The notes beneath the pieces were generated by a model. That model was given only the letters and a program-made list of their open reading frames with translations. It made no database searches and was not told where the DNA came from. DNA of 64,000 nucleotides from assembly GCA_038087875.1 (NCBI GenBank), contig CM075988.1:26786001-26850000 (forward strand), read 5' to 3'. A program made the position numbers and the translations under genes. Positions 36,861-49,185 of this stretch are shown here, piece after piece (the first letter of the stretch is position 1; each line of letters begins with the position of its first letter). Origin of the DNA: Malacoraja senta (Eukaryota).

Positions 36861-37361
36861 TGGAAGGAAGTGTCTAGGCTTAGAGAAGGAGATTCCAAAG
36901 TTGGGTACCTGGAAAGATGAGATAGATCTGGCAATGTGGAATAATATGGGAATGCAGAAGAAGTCAGTTGGAGAAAAGTTGTAGTTGGTGCATGTCTTTG
37001 TGGAGTGACTGAGAAAGGAGGGTGGGGTGGAAAATGTAGAAAGGGAATTCAATGCCATGTTAAACTGTAACCATTGTGGGCACCAGCATGCAAAACTAGA
37101 ACTGCAATGATAGTTCTATCATGAACTCCAAATTCATTAAGTGTGGCTCTAATCCCAGACTAATCTGGTTGGCTGTCATAAGTGACAGGAGTAGAATTAG
37201 GCCATTTGGCCCATCGAGTCTATCATGGCATCTTCTCTATGGGGTGAAATACCAAGCCTCTCAACTGGAAACCCCAGCTATGGTTTTAGGGGATGACTAG
37301 TGATGGGTAATAATGAGAATTCTGCAACAAATGTTTTTCTTTCCCTTTTGTTGTCCTGTAG

Positions 37362-37440
37362 GTCTATAAGTATCATGAAAGTGGCACAGACAAAACTAAA
37401 TCTGATCGGCCCGTCAGACATGGACATGCAGGAATACAAG
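37362..37440 (+). CDS. USP28: USP28 exon 21 (SISIMKVAQTKLNLIGPSDMDMQEYK)
   Basis: 79 nt, tag/gtatgg boundaries. Confidence 0.95.
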
Positions 37441-37609
37441 GTATGGGTGTTGTTGAATGTCGTGTGATCTGTCCACCGTGACGTGGAGATGACTTGAAAC
37501 ACTATATTGTGGATAGGAAACACAATTAATGAGCATCCTTGCAAATTCATTTTCAGTTTCTGATATAAATCCACTTCATTATTTCTCTCAAATGTCTACT
37601 TTATCAACA

Positions 37610-37897
37610 GTTTAGTTTAGAGATTCAGTGCAATAGCCCTTCAGCCCACCGAGTCCACCCCGCACATTAACACTATCCTACACACTCTAGGGACAATTTA
37701 CATTTCTACCAAGCCAATTTACCTACAAACCTGCATGACTTTGGAGTGTGGGAGGAAACCAAAGATCTCAGAGAAAACCCATGCGGTCACGGGGAGAACG
37801 TACAAACTCCGTATAGACAGCACCCATGGTCAGGATTGAACCCGGGTCTCTGCCGCTATAAGGCAGCAACTCTACCGCTGTACCACCGTGCCGCCCC
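37610..37897 (-). mobile_element. tRNA-derived SINE (HE1-like)
   Basis: A/B-box head and (AAACT)n tail. Confidence 0.8.
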
Positions 37898-38088
37898 AAT
37901 GAGGCCTCTTGTACATGTCAAATGCTGTAATAAATCCAGATGCTTTCCTTGTGCGACAGAACCCAAGTGTTGCATTCTTATCCTTTTCAACGTGTACAAT
38001 GTCTGACTGCAGATGCTGCCCTCAGTAGGTGACATTTGTCTTTCTTTACACGCTGCGTTCAACATTGAGGCAACATTTCTGTTTCCAG

Positions 38089-38168
38089 GAATGGCACAAC
38101 GACTACAGTTTGTTTCGGAAAGTTTCTGTCTACCTCCTCACTGGACTGGAATGTTACCAAAATGGAAA
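38089..38168 (+). CDS. USP28: USP28 exon 22 (EWHNDYSLFRKVSVYLLTGLECYQNG)
   Basis: 80 nt, cag/gtaggt boundaries. Confidence 0.95.
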
Positions 38169-38580
38169 GTAGGTATTGAATGTTTTGAAGCTCTGATTCA
38201 GGGCTTTTGTTTATAACAGGCATTGTCCATTACCTTCAAGACTTCAGAGAAGTTGAGTTGATGATGTTGTTATCCTCATGGGGAAGTCTCTCTAAACTAG
38301 CCTGGGGCATGAGAAATAGTTCAGGAAGATCTGTGACCAACACGTCCCTCTGGCCTCTGTGGAAACTAGCTACTAGAACTGGTTAGTTGCCTGATCACTC
38401 AGGTGGAAACCAGCCCCTAGATCCAGGTCAAACAGGAAACAAGGGGCAACTTATTGGTTTAAAACATCCAATGGGTGTATGGAAGATGGTCTGAAAGATC
38501 TTATATTGTCCTTAGCAGCCAGGATTCTTGTAGCTATGATATAATAAGTACTGTTTAAAATAATGCACAATATCTTGCAG

Positions 38581-38704
38581 ATGCCGTGAATCACTGACGT
38601 ACCTGGTCCACGCGTACCACAGCAACCTGAAGCTGTTGAAGAATGGGAAAAAACGGGGCGTTGATGAGACTTTGATTGGTTACTACAGGAGAAAGTGTCT
38701 TTTG
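38581..38704 (+). CDS. USP28: USP28 exon 23 (CRESLTYLVHAY...YYRRKCLL)
   Basis: 124 nt, cag/gtcagt boundaries. Confidence 0.94.
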
Positions 38705-40373
38705 GTCAGTCGCTGCTACAGAAGGGAGATTGTCTCAGTAGAATATTTAACATTTAATGTTTTATTAAAATACATTTGTACAGATCTATAGATAGGAACG
38801 GTTTGGAGAGCTATGGGCCAAATGCAGGCAAATGGGACTAGCCCAGTTTGTCAACGTGGACAAGGTGAGCCGAAGGGCCTCTTTCCGGGCTGTTTAGCCC
38901 TGATTCTCTGACTGTATTAAAAGCAAAACTGCATCGGGAAGAGAAGAGACAGGTTAATACCAGACCTCTTGCCAAACCTGTGCGAATCCCTACCTAAGAG
39001 AATGAATAATTTCTCTCATCTGCTGCTGGCATTGTCCAATCCAGTTCTTGAGCACGTGGCCTTTGACATCTGTCCTGTTGCCACCATGGTCGTACTGTGC
39101 ATCTGTTTGGTTCCTGCATGAAGTCCTGTACTCCTGGTGTTCGCTCAACTCCATCCAAGTCTGGAATTGTTGCTGATTCATGCTTACGGCGCCTCGTAGA
39201 TCAATATTGAAAAGGACTGTTGGCTGAATGATGCCACAGAGAATCTTGCACTTGCTCTAATTCACACACGGTGATTGCAGGAACAAGGAGGGAGGGAGAG
39301 ATGTGAGAGATATGATTTGTCATAAACGGTGAGACAACTGGACAATATGCTAACGTCTGCCTTGGGAACAACTGCCTTGCATTTCATGTTAATTACCTCA
39401 TTGCAGGACGTTAGGGCTGGTACTTATAATGCGCAGCTCAAATAATGAGTTTGTACTTCCAGCAAGACCACGCAATCATGGCCATCTGAAACAGACCATG
39501 AATCTGGTTTTTCATGCCTAATTTTTAATTAAATATATTTAAATTTTTTAACGTTGATTTATTTTCTTCTCTTTCCTATCTCTCCTTTTCTGCAGCTTCA
39601 TCTGATTTATCAATCCCTCTGCATTTATAATCCCTTTATTTCTCTTTCTGCACCTGTTTTGACTCTAATTCTCATTTTTTAATTTTATCAGAGCCGTAGT
39701 TTAATATTTAGTATTCTGTGCTGTAATTCCAGATACCAATTCAGGTTGGGTGTGTTACCTGGCCTATTTACCTTACCATTGACAATGTTCTATGTAATCT
39801 GTCGGCTTCATTCATAAAGTATTTTTGTAGAATAAAACTCTTCTCTCCCTTCTGATTTGTCCTGTGACCCCAGCAACATGTTTTTCTCTTGCTAATGTTT
39901 AGGGGCCTTCCCATGATCCCCCAGTGACCGTCACCTTCACTATATTGGCATTTCAAACACTCAATGGGTGAAGGTTACATTCATTATAGGAATTATAATT
40001 CACTCGTGCCTGTAAGACCACCTGACACTTCCTCCCCACAGATCTCTCTACCAACCTTTCAATTATTTTACTTTTAAAGACATACTTCAGCTCATCTTTC
40101 CTATGCTGCAGAAAATAGTCTGGACTATTGAATCCTGCCTGTTGGTTGATAGCATTTCCACCATGGACAGGAATAGACCAGTTACCCTTGGAACCCTTCT
40201 TTTCCAGTGGTTCTCGTATGCGGAACTAGTTGTGAGGTGGAAGGTGGGGGTTGCCCTGATGTCTGAGCCAGTTAATGGTTTGTGGTGACGTTATGGCGTT
40301 GATAGCAATACAAGCAGGGACACCATTTGCTTGGTGTCAACTCACTAATGCGTACTTGCACTTCTCTCTGCAG

Positions 40374-40569
40374 GAGCTGAACGCACATGCTGCACAGTTG
40401 TTTGAAAGTGGGAATGAGAGTGATGTAGCGGAGGGATTGAGCATTATGAATGACCAAGTCATTCCATGCATGCATCTGATAGTCAACCATGAGCTCTCTG
40501 AAGAAGACCTTGGTGCTGTGGAGATGATGAGAAACCACTGGTGTTCCTTCCTTGGTGAAGACATGGATT
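40374..40569 (+). CDS. USP28: USP28 exon 24 (ELNAHAAQLFE...MRNHWCSFLGEDMD)
   Basis: 196 nt, cag/gtaagt boundaries. Confidence 0.95.
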
Positions 40570-41360
40570 GTAAGTCTTGGTATCTTTCCCTCAAAGCTGG
40601 CAAAGAAGGAAAACATTCAGCCCTTTTATGTCTGTGTTTTATTCCAACATTTTGTCTAATTAGTCCCGTTTATCCTTTGTCCTTCATGACTGGCTCCCTC
40701 TGGATCCTGATCAACATGCCGATTTGTGGTTCATCTGGTGGAAGAATGTCTTGTAATTGGGTCTCAGTGCTGCTCCTCACTAATCTCCATGAGAAGAATA
40801 CAGGCAGATTATTCATGATAAAGGTTTTCTCAGCATCTATTATGGATATACAGCTGTGTCGTGTTACACTTTGAGCCTGAAGTTTATCTGCGAGTGAATC
40901 ACAGTTTAAAACAAAACATTAGGCAATCAGGGTCAATTTTAAGGGCTTCTTAGATTTAAGGTTTTAAATAAATGACTACTGAAATCAGCCGCTGTACATA
41001 TGCAATTATCTGAGTAGGGTCCAAACCCATTTCACTCCGTTAGATAATTTTAAGTAATAGTTGGCAGCACTTTTAAGTCAAGTAATTAAAGCCTCTGGGC
41101 CCACCACAAGACTTGGACAGATATTCTAAGGGAATATTCTCGTGCAGCTATTGCATTACTACGGATTTGTGCCATGGATACAATTTAATTATGAGGCTTA
41201 GTGGATGGGTGAGATCCTATGCCATGATTGCCAGATGAGCAAGAAGTTTAACTGATGCTTGGGCCCAAATTCATCCATTAACCAATTCCACCAAAACATA
41301 ATCATAATACTTTATATTCCCCAAGCAAGAAACTGCAGATGCTGCTTAATATGCAAAGGT

Positions 41361-41705
41361 GACACAAAGTGCTGGAGTAACTCAGCAGGTCAGGCAGCAT
41401 CTGTGGAGAACGTGGATAGGTGACGTTTCACAGAGTGCTGGAGTAACTCAGCGGGTCAGGCAGCATCTGTGGAGAGTGTGGATAGGTGACGTTTCACAGA
41501 GTGCTGGAGTAACTCAGCGGGTCAGGCAGCATCTGTGGAGAACATGGATAGGTGACGTTTCACAGAGTGCTGGAGTAACTCAGCAGGTCGGGCAGCATCT
41601 GTGGAGAACATGGATAGGTGACGTTTCACAGAGTGCTGGAGTAACTCAGCAGGTCGGGCAGCATCTCTGGAGAACGTGGATAGGTGACGTTTCTGGTCGA
41701 GACCC
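41361..41705. repeat. Tandem array, about 5 x 66 nt, of a Penelope terminal-repeat segment
   Basis: Unit CACAGAGTGCTGGAGTAACTCAGC...GGATAGGTGACGTTT. Confidence 0.9.
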
Positions 41706-41827
41706 TTATCTGAAATGCTGAAGTAATTTGTTTGACAGTATGTTTTGATATTCGATTTATGTGGAGCCTATGTACTCAAATGGCTGAATCTGTAATCTTT
41801 GTTGATATCTATGCATTTTGCTTTTAG

Positions 41828-42003
41828 CACATCTGCAGGAGAAACTCACTGAATTCCTTCCAAGGCTCTTGGACTGTTCTGCGGAAGTTCGAATCCTTCG
41901 AGAGCCCCCAAAGATCCGGCCAAACTCACCCCACGACCTGTGCAACAGGTTTGCGGCAGTAATGGAGTCCATTCACAGCACATCACCGGTCACTGTCAAA
42001 TAG
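41828..42003 (+). CDS. USP28: USP28 last coding exon (...DLCNRFAAVMESIHSTSPVTVK*)
   Basis: tag acceptor, TAG stop at 42001-42003; the VTVK C-terminus is USP28-like rather than USP25-like. Confidence 0.96.
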
Positions 42004-42224
42004 CCCTGCAACTGGTCGGAGGCAACTGGAATCTTCAATACTTGATCCTTCGAATTATGTGGTCTTTGAGCACCAAAGCACTTGGGAATAACTTATACTG
42101 TAGCTAATTGTCAAGCACTGTAATCTGTTATATCAGGAGTGGGAGAGTGGAGGAATAGCATTAGTTACATGAAATACAGGGTGCCTTTATTTTCACGCAA
42201 CTTTGTATTTTGTATTGGTTGTGC

Positions 42225-42230
42225 AATAAA
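42225..42230 (+). terminator. Candidate polyadenylation signal of USP28
   Basis: AATAAA about 220 nt after the stop, preceded by TGTA/U-rich sequence and followed by T/GT-rich sequence. Confidence 0.6.
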
Positions 42231-42289
42231 ATGCTACTTATATTTTAATTCTTAGTTGTGTGCAACTGTCATTTTCTCTGTTGTGCATC

Positions 42290-42627
42290 CGCACTGGACC
42301 ACGTACACTGGGCCATGTAGACCGGACCACGTACACCGGACTATGTACACTGGGCCACGTACACTGGACTATACACTGGGCCACATACACTGGGCCACGT
42401 ACACTGGGCCACGTAGACTGGACTATGTACACTGGGCCATCCGCACTGGGCCACGTACACTGGACTATGTACACTGGGCCACGTACACTAGACCACGTAC
42501 ACTGGGCCATGTAGACCGGACCACGTACACTGGACTATACACTGGGCCACGTACACCGGACCACGTACACTGGACTATACACTGGGCCATGTACACTGGG
42601 CCATCCGCACTGGGCCACGTACACTGG
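42290..42627. repeat. About 14-nt minisatellite (ACACTGGGCCACGT)
   Basis: Seen directly, just downstream of the AATAAA. Confidence 0.92.
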
Positions 42628-42776
42628 TTCGGTGCTCTACCACTGCACCGCTGTTTGTGGCACATTATGTGCTTTCACTCTAAGTGTTAAATTAGAATTG
42701 TCACTGAAAGAGAGAGAGAGAGAGAGAGAGATGGGAAAGCAGCAGTGGAGATCAGCTGTGATCTTGAACGAGAGTA

Positions 42777-43385
42777 GAAACATAGAAAATAGGTGCAAGA
42801 GTAGGCCACTCGGCCCTTCGAGCCTGCACCGCCATTCAATATGATCATGGCTGATCATCCAACTCAGTATCCTGTACCTGCCTTCTCTCCATACCCCCTG
42901 ATCTCTTTAGCCACAAGGGCCACATCTAACTCCCTCTTAAATATAGCCAATGAACTGGCCTCAACCACCTTCTGTGGCAGAGAATTCCACAGATTCACCA
43001 CTCTATGTGTGAAAAATGATTTTCTCATCTCGGTCCTAAAAGACTTCCCCCTTATCCTTAAACTGTGACCCCTTGTTCTGGACTTCCCCAACATCGGGAA
43101 TAATCTTCCTGCATCTAGCCTGTCCAACCCCTTAAGAATCTTGTAAGTTTCTATAAGATCCCCCCTCAATCTTCTAAATTCTAGCAAGTACAAGCCGAGT
43201 CTATCCAGTCTTTCTTCATATGAAAGTCCTGACATCCCAGGAATCAGTCTGGTGAACCTTCTCTGCACTCCCTCTATGGCAAGAATGTCCTTCCTCAGAT
43301 TTGGTGACCAAAACTGTACGCAATACTCCAGGTGTGGCCTCACCAAGACCCTGTACAACTGCAGTAGAACCTCCCTGCTCTTATA
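42777..43385 (-). mobile_element. CR1/HER1-type LINE 3' fragment
   Basis: ORF 42864-43484 with LVRPHLEYCVQFWSP...RRLRGDLIETYKIL. Confidence 0.9.
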
Positions 43386-46147
43386 CAGTAGACTGGAGTT
43401 ATGTGTAGGAAGGAACTGCAGATGCTGGTTTAAACCGAAGATAGATATCATCGCTCTTGTTAAGAGTTGTGCAGTTTCAGGCATTCTCCAGCAGAAGGCG
43501 CTGCTAGACTACAGTTGCAGAGGTCCAAAGATGAATCGACCTCTTAATGGAACCGCAGCTCTTACAGGAATCAATCCAAACATGAATTGTCACCTCCTCA
43601 CTGGATGCCATTGACATTTTATCTCAAATTGTTTAATTCAATTCTATATAAAGTTACTGCAATTCTGTTTAACTGTTAGAAGTTATTTGGTTAATTGATG
43701 TTTTTTGCAAAGAGTTGAATTGTAGCTTTTTTTCAATGTACTCTCTTTGTAAACGTTTTAATGAATGATTACAGGCCTTAAAACATTAACAGTACTTCAC
43801 TTGGGTGTTGGCAGATTGAACGTTCTCCAGTATTGTCTGCCTTTACGAAGTGGAATAACATTGCTTTCATGGATCTAATGCAGATTTGTAAATTGGACTC
43901 GAGCCAAATTGTTTGGTGGTTTTGGATAGTGAGAACTCTTTGAAATTCTCCCAACTTGTTCATCAAAGCACTGAGCTTTTGAATGAGATTAACCAGCCAA
44001 CACAACTGTGGATATAGGGCTCATCCAATGAATAGTTTGAGTGGGTAGCAGTTCCACAGCTGCAGAGAGTTGCAGATTCATCACACCAGGGATATGGGGC
44101 CAACCGTGGGTGCTGTCAGTCTGGAGTTTGCATGTTCTCCATGTCTCCCTGCATGCTTTGCTCCCACATTCCAAGATGTGTGAATTGGCGGATTAATTTC
44201 CCACTGTAGATTATCCTAGTGTCTAAGTGGGTGATTGAATCTGAGGAGAATAAAAAATCCTCTAATTTATGTAAATGGGTGATTAATTCTAGGGTCTTTG
44301 AAGTTATTTTTAAACACAGTACTGACTTAACCCTATTATTGATGTTCACGAACCCCATTGTGACATCTATCTTGGCTTTATTGGTCATGAACAACAGGAG
44401 TTAATTGGACATGCAGCAAATCCAGAATATCATTAAATCTCACACATTACCTGAGAAATAAATAATCTGAATCACACTGCTGCATCTAGCACCAATTTTT
44501 GTTATTCCAAATGAAAAAGATCAAAATAAGATATCAACATTTCTAAATCATTTTGTGGGATGAGAGCTGCACTAAAAATAGAAACATAGAAATAGATAAT
44601 TGGTGCAGGACTAGGCTATTTGGCCCTTCGATCCTTCAATATGATCATGGCTGATCATCCAAGATCAGTACCCCGTTCCTGCTTTCTGCCCATATCCCTT
44701 GTCTCAGTTAGCCCTAAGAGCTAAATCTAACTCTCTGACTAGCAAGATGAACAAGCCTGGGTAATGTTGAACGACATTCACAAACGGCTGTCGTCCACCT
44801 GTTCCCATTGTTGAATTATGACAGATTGGTGCCCAACCAGTCCCTGGTGGGGGGCATGGATGGGTAAATGTTGCTGGATAGGCCTTGCTACATTGCTTCT
44901 TGTTGATGGGACAGATTACAGCCACATTGCACCAGTGCGATAGGGTGATGATGTTTAAGAAACAGTTAGACAGCTACATGGATAGGACGGGGTTGGAGGA
45001 ATATGGGCCAAACACAGACAGGTGGTTCCAGTGTAGCTGGGACATGTTGGTCGGCATGGACTAGTTGGGCTCAAGATCCTGTTTCCACGCTATATTACTC
45101 TATAACTATTATCAGCTATGATCAAATGGCGGAACAGACTGGGGCCGAATGGCCTAATGTCATGGTCTGGGAGGTTAGGCAGGCAATTCTGAATTGATGT
45201 TGACCAGTTCCTTGGAGTTACCTGTTCCAATGCATTAGCCTTGGGTTATTGAGCCTTATTCAGCTTGTTCATGGGTGAGTTCTGGAGGTCCAGCATAGGA
45301 AAGGAGAGCAGGAAGGGTGGGCTTTGATCCATAACTGTGTTATTAAAGATTCCCAAATGTCTGCTCTATAACAACAAGTTATATTACCCTTTTATACCCC
45401 CGTGTCTGCCAGCCAATGCTACAATGTCCTGTGGGTATAATCCAGTTCAATAGTTATTGATCTTGTAACTCAATGTTAATATTTTCCCCCAATGATGGAC
45501 ATAACTTGGACCAGTGATGTATCTGTAATATGGAGCCACAGGAGACCATCACATTACATAGCGTGTGTGATAAACATCCATTTGCACAGATACCCTTTGT
45601 CACATTGACGCACAAATATCTTGCACATCCTGCAAATGAATCATCTGAAACACATGAAGAACTTGTAAGTAATTAATAAAACCAGCGTCAGTGACATATC
45701 TACTGATCAGTAATTAGTAGTCCGCCCTTCTGCATGTAGGCGGCCAGGTGCCTGCACTTAATGAGCAGGCTGTTGCTTTACCTCATTCTAGTTCTTGTGA
45801 AATTCGACTGAACCTGATGCTTCACAAGTTCTTCCACGTAACGTGTAAGCGATAGTGTTTATGGTGATATTGTCGATCACTGAGTCGCGTTCTCAGCCTC
45901 AGACCCTCGTTATCAGAACAGCTGCTCATTTTACTGAAGCAATTTTTCTCAGTGGCAATGATGATTATGTGAGTAACTGCCTTGCCTGAATTACTAATGT
46001 CCACCGCGACCCATTAGTGGACTGTCAACTGAACTATGGTTAGACAACTGAGACGTGAAAAGTTTCACTTCAGTGGCTCCATTGAAAAATATTCGTAGCA
46101 CATTAACCATTGTCACTGCTTGTAGTAATTTGGAGTTTATAGTCTTA

Positions 46148-46362
46148 AGGGCCTGTCCCACTTTCACGACCTAATTCACGACCTTTTTTACTTGTGGACA
46201 TTTTTCATCAGGCTAGAAAAACGCCCCGACCTACTTGATGCCACGAGTACCTACGACTAGCATCACGACCTGCTACAACCTCCCTACGACCTCGTGACGA
46301 CCACGCTGCGAGTATGAGTCAAGGGCAAACTCGGCAGAGGTCGTGAAAGTGGGACAGGCCCT
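46148..46362. mobile_element. MITE, PIF/Harbinger-like
   Basis: Perfect 25-bp TIR AGGGCCTGTCCCACTTTCACGACCT; TTA/TCA flanks. Confidence 0.85.
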
Positions 46363-47185
46363 TCATCATTACACCAGGAAATCAGAAGACTTTTTCTATA
46401 CCTGTAGTAAGGTGTATCATCAATGATTCAATGATACTTCAATGATAGAACACGGCTTTGCAGGTTAGTGCAAGACCAAAGCAAATAGATTTGGTCATTA
46501 CCATCTTCATGAATTGAGAGTCATTCGAGTCGGCCATGTTGCCACATGCTTATCTGGTGCTCAGTTAAACAGGAAGGTTCAGACCTGCGTGAACCTTCAC
46601 TTGGATCTGAGTTGCTTCACCCGAGGCTACCGCATGGCCTCAGTGTCTAACTCAAGGATGGTTGGGCTGGGAGGAGGGAGCATTGCTATTTTACTTTGCA
46701 TGAGTTCTGGTAAGTATAAGACCTATTCTCCACACCGCATCCTGAGAAAGATGAGCAGCTTTCTCACTCCGTTGCTCCCATTCACAGTTTAGGAGCTAAG
46801 GGTGGAGAATAATCCAGAGATCATTTGATAATTTACCCAGCAGCTGCTGGCTTCAATGTCTGACCAACAATGACCATCCAACATGGATTAATATCATAGA
46901 TAAACATTTATCAAAACATATATAAAATAGACCAAGAATAAAATAGGATGGTAAGTCTAACTGCCTGAAAGCTGATGTTAAACTTGCTCTATGTGTCAGC
47001 CTTGAGCGATCTGAATTGACCTTTCCCTGAGTTAGTAGGTCCTGTGACCCTCGTTTGAATCTGTTCCAGAGACTTACATTGGTGCTTAAGTGTAGAAGTG
47101 AAAGAACATTTTTTTAAGCAAAGGTGCCATCTTTAAGAATAGAAAACCTTGATTGCTTTCATAAATCAACATAACATTTCCATTA

Positions 47186-47380
47186 TGTGTAGGAAAGAAC
47201 TGCAGATGCTGGTTTAAATCGAAGATAGACACAAAATGCTGGAGTAACTCAGCGGGACAGGCAGCATCTCAGGAGAGAAGGAAAGGGTGCTGTTTCGGGT
47301 CGAGACCCTTCTTTGTCACCCATTCCTTCTCCAGAGATGCTGCCTGTCCCGCTGAGTTACTCCAGCATTTTCTGTCTATC
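47186..47380. mobile_element. Palindromic Penelope-derived insertion
   Basis: Inverted arms; 14-bp TSD TAACATTTCCATTA. Confidence 0.82.
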
Positions 47381-48897
47381 TAACATTTCCATTAGTTACT
47401 CACCAGGGGTCAGGATTGTTTTACAAGCAGGAGCATGTATTATGACTGGATATTTTTGAAAGAACTATTAAATATTGTTTTATTCATTGAACCAGGGAGA
47501 GGTGGCAGATGCACGCTCAGCTGCAGTTATTGGTGTTTGTCACCCAGCCTCATTTCCTGCAAAGTCATTGTCAGTATAATGCCTGATATTCTTAGACTTC
47601 AATACTTTCCTCTGAAATGTTATAAGAAACCTGTTTGAAGTAGTATTAAAGGATTATTCCCAGTAGAAATAAATACAAATCTTACTGGGATTTGTTTGAG
47701 ATTTCAACTTATTTAATTGTCCTATTTAATTTAGAGCTTGGTTTAGAGTTTGGAGATATAGTGTGAAAACTGGTCCTTCGGCCCATCAAGTACATGCCAA
47801 CCATTGATAACCCACACATCCATGTTAGCCCACTTTCACATCCAACACACTAGGGGCAATTTGCAGAGGCCAATTAACCTTCAAATCTACACGTCTTTGG
47901 AATGTGGTAGAAAAACCGGAGTGCCTGGAGAAAACCCACGCGGTCACAGGCAGAAGATACAAACAGCACCCATAGTCAGGATTGAACCTGGGCCTCTGGT
48001 GCTGTAAGGCAGCAGTAAGATCAAAAGAATTCCAGGTCATAAACAAGGTTTCTGCACATTTATCACCAGAGTTGCAGCGGGCAATCGGGAAAGTTGCTCG
48101 CAAAATCTTATCATCTGGCCCATTTTATTATTTTTCTATTATTTTGTCTTTAACTCGGTTCACACAGAAAGTGGTTACAAGTTTGAAACCCATTTGACGC
48201 TGTTTCGCTCTGATGATTCTCAACTTTCTCAGCCTTGTGTCTTCTTCCTGGGCTCACCCACATGACCAATCACAGACCATCATCTGATTTAACCTGATGT
48301 ACTGCAGACTTGCTGCAAAAAGAAAATGTATTCAGTTTAAAGAATCATCTTTTTTTTTGTGGAATGATTGTTTAAAATATATTTTTTCTTTTGTTGCTAA
48401 AAGAATTGTTGCTAAAAGAGAGCGAGTTGACTTCCCAAACTCTCCAATGGTGCTGGGAGGGGGTGGGTGTGTGAGGATGGGGGGTGGGGGGTCAGGGACT
48501 AGGAGTGGAGGGAAGGTGTTAAATCAGGTTGAGTTTAATGCCAGCCGCGCAAGTACAGTGCGGTACAGGTTCCATGAACATCATGCTTGCAGCAGCATCA
48601 CAGATACTAAGGCTCAGACAAGCAGAATGTAGAAATTGTATGTTCATTACATATAAATTCAACAAGACAGTAAAAAAGAAAAAGAGTGCAAAGCACAATT
48701 AGAAACAAAATGCAAGTCCATGAAAGCACAAGTGAGGGTCTGTCATGTTCTGGTGTCAAGGTGGCAATTGGGTTGTTCAGGTTGGATCATGGACCTGATG
48801 ATTGTGGGAAAGTGGCTGATCCTGAACATAGTTCTGTCTGACTTCTGGCTTCTGTACCTCCTGCCCAATGGTAGCAGCGGGAAGAGGGCATTACCAT

Positions 48898-49185
48898 GAG
48901 GTCATAGTGATAGCAGCAGAATTAGGCCATTCGGCCCATCAAGTACTCCGCCATTCAATCATGGCTGATCCATCTCTCCCTCCTAACCCCATTCTCCTGC
49001 CTTCTTCCCATAACCCCTGACACATGTACTAATCAAGAATCTATCCATCTCTGCCTTAAAAATATCCATTGACGGCCTCCACAGCCGTCTGTGGCAAAGA
49101 ATTCCACAGATTCACCACCCTCTGACTAAAGAAATTCCTCATCTCCTTCTTAAAGAAACATCCTTTAATTCTGAGTCTATGACCA
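48898..49185 (-). mobile_element. CR1/HER1-type LINE 3' end
   Basis: Same sequence family as 5122-5417. Confidence 0.8.

Noticed and set aside
39733..39744. Possible 12-nt microexon ag|ATACCAATTCAG|gttggg with upstream TGC
   Set aside because: Such a pattern is common by chance, and the protein aligns without an insertion here
8841..42003. Calling the gene USP25
   Set aside because: Exon 19a/19b sequences, the VTVK C-terminus, the N-terminal layout and linkage to TTC12 favour USP28
41361..42627. Tandem arrays resembling CRISPR
   Set aside because: Eukaryotic context, no unique spacers and no cas genes
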